From positions 6,634,001 to 6,698,000 of the forward strand of contig CM119371.1 of NCBI GenBank assembly GCA_051294905.1: DNA of 64,000 nt, read 5' to 3'. The DNA comes from Botryllus schlosseri (Eukaryota). The translations under genes and the position numbers were made by a program. Under the pieces are notes generated by a model. The model was not told the DNA's origin, did no database searches, and was given only the letters and a program-made list of their open reading frames with translations. Numbering within the stretch: position 1 is the first letter of the stretch; every line of letters begins with the position of its first letter. Of this stretch, positions 61,661 through 64,000 are shown piece after piece.

Positions 61661-62758
61661 GATTGTCGATCAACTACAGTATATAATTATCCTACGATTA
61701 TTATAATATAGTCAAGCACTGTTATTGAAGTGAAGATGATTAGTTAACTTAACTCAAGTAATGCCTGTTGATTGTTGAAAGAATCACAATACGTCCATCA
61801 ACGTCACGAGTATGAATTGAAGGAAATTCAACTACACATCGTAAATTAATTTTCCAGGGGCGGCCGCATCTGTTTCATGCTCCAGCCGAATATCACAAAG
61901 ATTGGCTTGAAAACAGCAGCAACACGAAAGATCGCGCTGATTTCACTCCGTGTTTGGAAACGAAATCAGCGAAGCATGTAGCTTGTCAGTGTCATCTAGC
62001 GGATAATTAGTTTTTGCTTTTCAGGGTAGCTGTTACCACCAATGATATATATATATTTATGATTGCGGTTACTGACGCGGTAAACCTTGTGCTATCAGTA
62101 ACAGTTATTAAGTTTGTGAATATTCCAATCATTTCAAAACACCACAAGACTGCGACTAGACGATGTAGACAGGGATATTTAGAACTAGTTCTAGCTATCC
62201 TTTGGATGTAGAGAAGAGGCATGCACTCACACTGAATGATAAAAAGTAAAGCAGAAAATATAAAAGACAAGCTAGCCCTACAAATGGGTACAATATTTGA
62301 AAATAGATGCATTTACGATAGTCATGGGTCTATAGCGGGATCACCTCCAGCAAAAAGTGGAGAAAATTACCTGCATCCGCATGACACTCTCCCTGACTGT
62401 AACATCTGCTTTCACGGTGTGCCCTTTGACGTTCATTAGTTGTTTTAGTTTCATGCTTGGTTGTTCCAAAGTCTATGTTGAGTGACTTTGGGTTGTTCTA
62501 AATCAGGGGCGGGCAACATACGGCCCGCAGCCAGCTTCCGGTCGTATACGATAATGTGGCCCGCGTCTACATTCACTCGCGAACCAACGTTTTCGAACAT
62601 CAACATTAGCCTAGCAAGACCAAGCTCGCTCCAATGAACCTATGTTTATGTGCATTGTGCAGTCTTTACCGGCGGTTTGTACGTCCAACATGCAGCCAGA
62701 GAGTTCAAAGAACTTGTATCGACCACGGATTGACTTTAACAGTTATTGAAGTACGTTA

Positions 62759-63349
62759 CCAATAAGTCGCTGCTGAAGAGATTCGGCGTCCTAAACATAG
62801 AAGATATGCGGAAACTAGAAATCGCCAAGTTTATGTATCAGTTTCACTGCGGTCGTTGCCCCGAATATTTCAATGACTTCTTTACCTCTGAATCAAAAGC
62901 GCACAAGTACAACACACGCGCGTCCACGTCGTCCAAATATCATATGATCGACCGAAAAGATCATCGCTCTATCAAATATGCCGGACCTGATGTGTGGAAC
63001 AGTATCCCGCCGGCCATCCGACAGTCGACGAGCATGTCCACATTCAAGTCGAAATACAAGCAATTACTACTAAATAAATACAGTCCATCTTCAAGATTAC
63101 CGGACCGCGACTGACCTATCGATCTCGCTTCCCATGACATGCCGCCCTATTTCTTGTTGCATTCTTTTTCTATACTATCTTCTTTACTTTCATTCAGTGT
63201 GCATGCCTCCTCTTTACATCGCCTAGGCCAAGGTGGGTGTCAGATTTCATAGACTACTCCTTGTCGCTTCGACATCTTCCTGTCTTTTCATTGTATCGCA
63301 TTTTTGTGGTGTATTGAACTGATGAAATTGCTAATAAACCAATGATGAT
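62759..63349 (+). mobile_element. Young 5'-truncated LINE copy, same family as 13289-15803
   Basis: Near-identical to the reverse complement of 14834-15300 plus 13289-13418; (ATG)n tail; paralogous empty sites near 16750 and 33035. Confidence 0.93.
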
Positions 63350-63758
63350 GATACTAAATTCATTGACTACGGTTTTTGGCCTTTATGCTTTACGCCCAAA
63401 GTTTGTATTAAATACGATTTGTACCTTGTATATGTGGATAAAGACGCGCTGATGTATCGATTCAGCAATCCGGCCCGTCAAGTACTTCATTTTTCCACTT
63501 CCAGACCGCCGAAAGGAGAAGTTGCCCTCCCGGGTTCTGAATGATCACCGCATAATAAGCAGGTCGATAACTTGCTAGATTCCCAATCTCATGCTTTCAA
63601 TACCGTTTATTTTTACAAACAGTAGACAAGTAACAAACCCAGTTATGTCCGATTCATTTCGCAGAAGCTGACGAGAATTTACTCTTACGCAGTCGTAAGC
63701 AACAGGTAGGACAAAGGCAGAGAGGCATTGAATTTCTGGACTTTTTTTGACTAAATAC

Positions 63759-64000
63759 CAGTGTTGGGATCAAGTCACTATACCTTCGAGTCACGAGTCA
63801 TCTCGAGTCATTGCACATTTTGACTCGAGTCAAGTCAAGTCAAGTCAAGTCAAGTCGAGTCGAGTCACGAGTAGGGCTGGGCAAAATCGAGTACCTGAGT
63901 GATTCGATTCTGAATCACGTAATATGCTTCGAGTCGAGTCGAGTAATCGAGTATCACTCATTATGACGTCACAACAGAATGTACTACCAAATATGTACCT
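63759..64000. mobile_element. Left ends of two nested GAGTC-repeat DNA elements, cut by the window edge
   Basis: CAGTGTTGGGATCAAGTC start, an (AGTCA)n run, and a second start TAGGGCTGGGCAAAATCGAG at about 63872. Confidence 0.6.

Overview
Animal genomic DNA, AT-rich and dense in transposons. A marine invertebrate such as an ascidian is plausible but cannot be verified from sequence alone. The window is a tandem array of six paralogous BTB-BACK-Kelch (KLHL-type Cullin-3 adaptor) genes with single-exon ORFs, all on the minus strand. Three are intact (1774-3402, 26603-28216, 43975-45597). Three are pseudogenes disabled by different lesions (10244-11877, 42124-43134, 60019-61660). Intact and dead copies alternate. 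Amino-acid differences between paralogs cluster in the kelch top-face loops, while the BTB domain and beta-strand cores are nearly invariant. Each duplicated unit also carries a long 3' flank that looks like a fossil EGF-repeat gene on the plus strand, with exon-like segments on the minus strand. The spacers hold nested non-autonomous hAT elements with verifiable 8-bp TSDs, two hAT transposase C-terminal fragments, a Kolobok-type MITE, CR1/L2-clade LINE fragments and a tRNA-derived SINE whose tail matches the LINE 3' end. Recurrent TA-GGC(C)-TA micro-insertions are also present, one of which frameshifts a kelch gene. All alignments were done by eye; no database searches were run.
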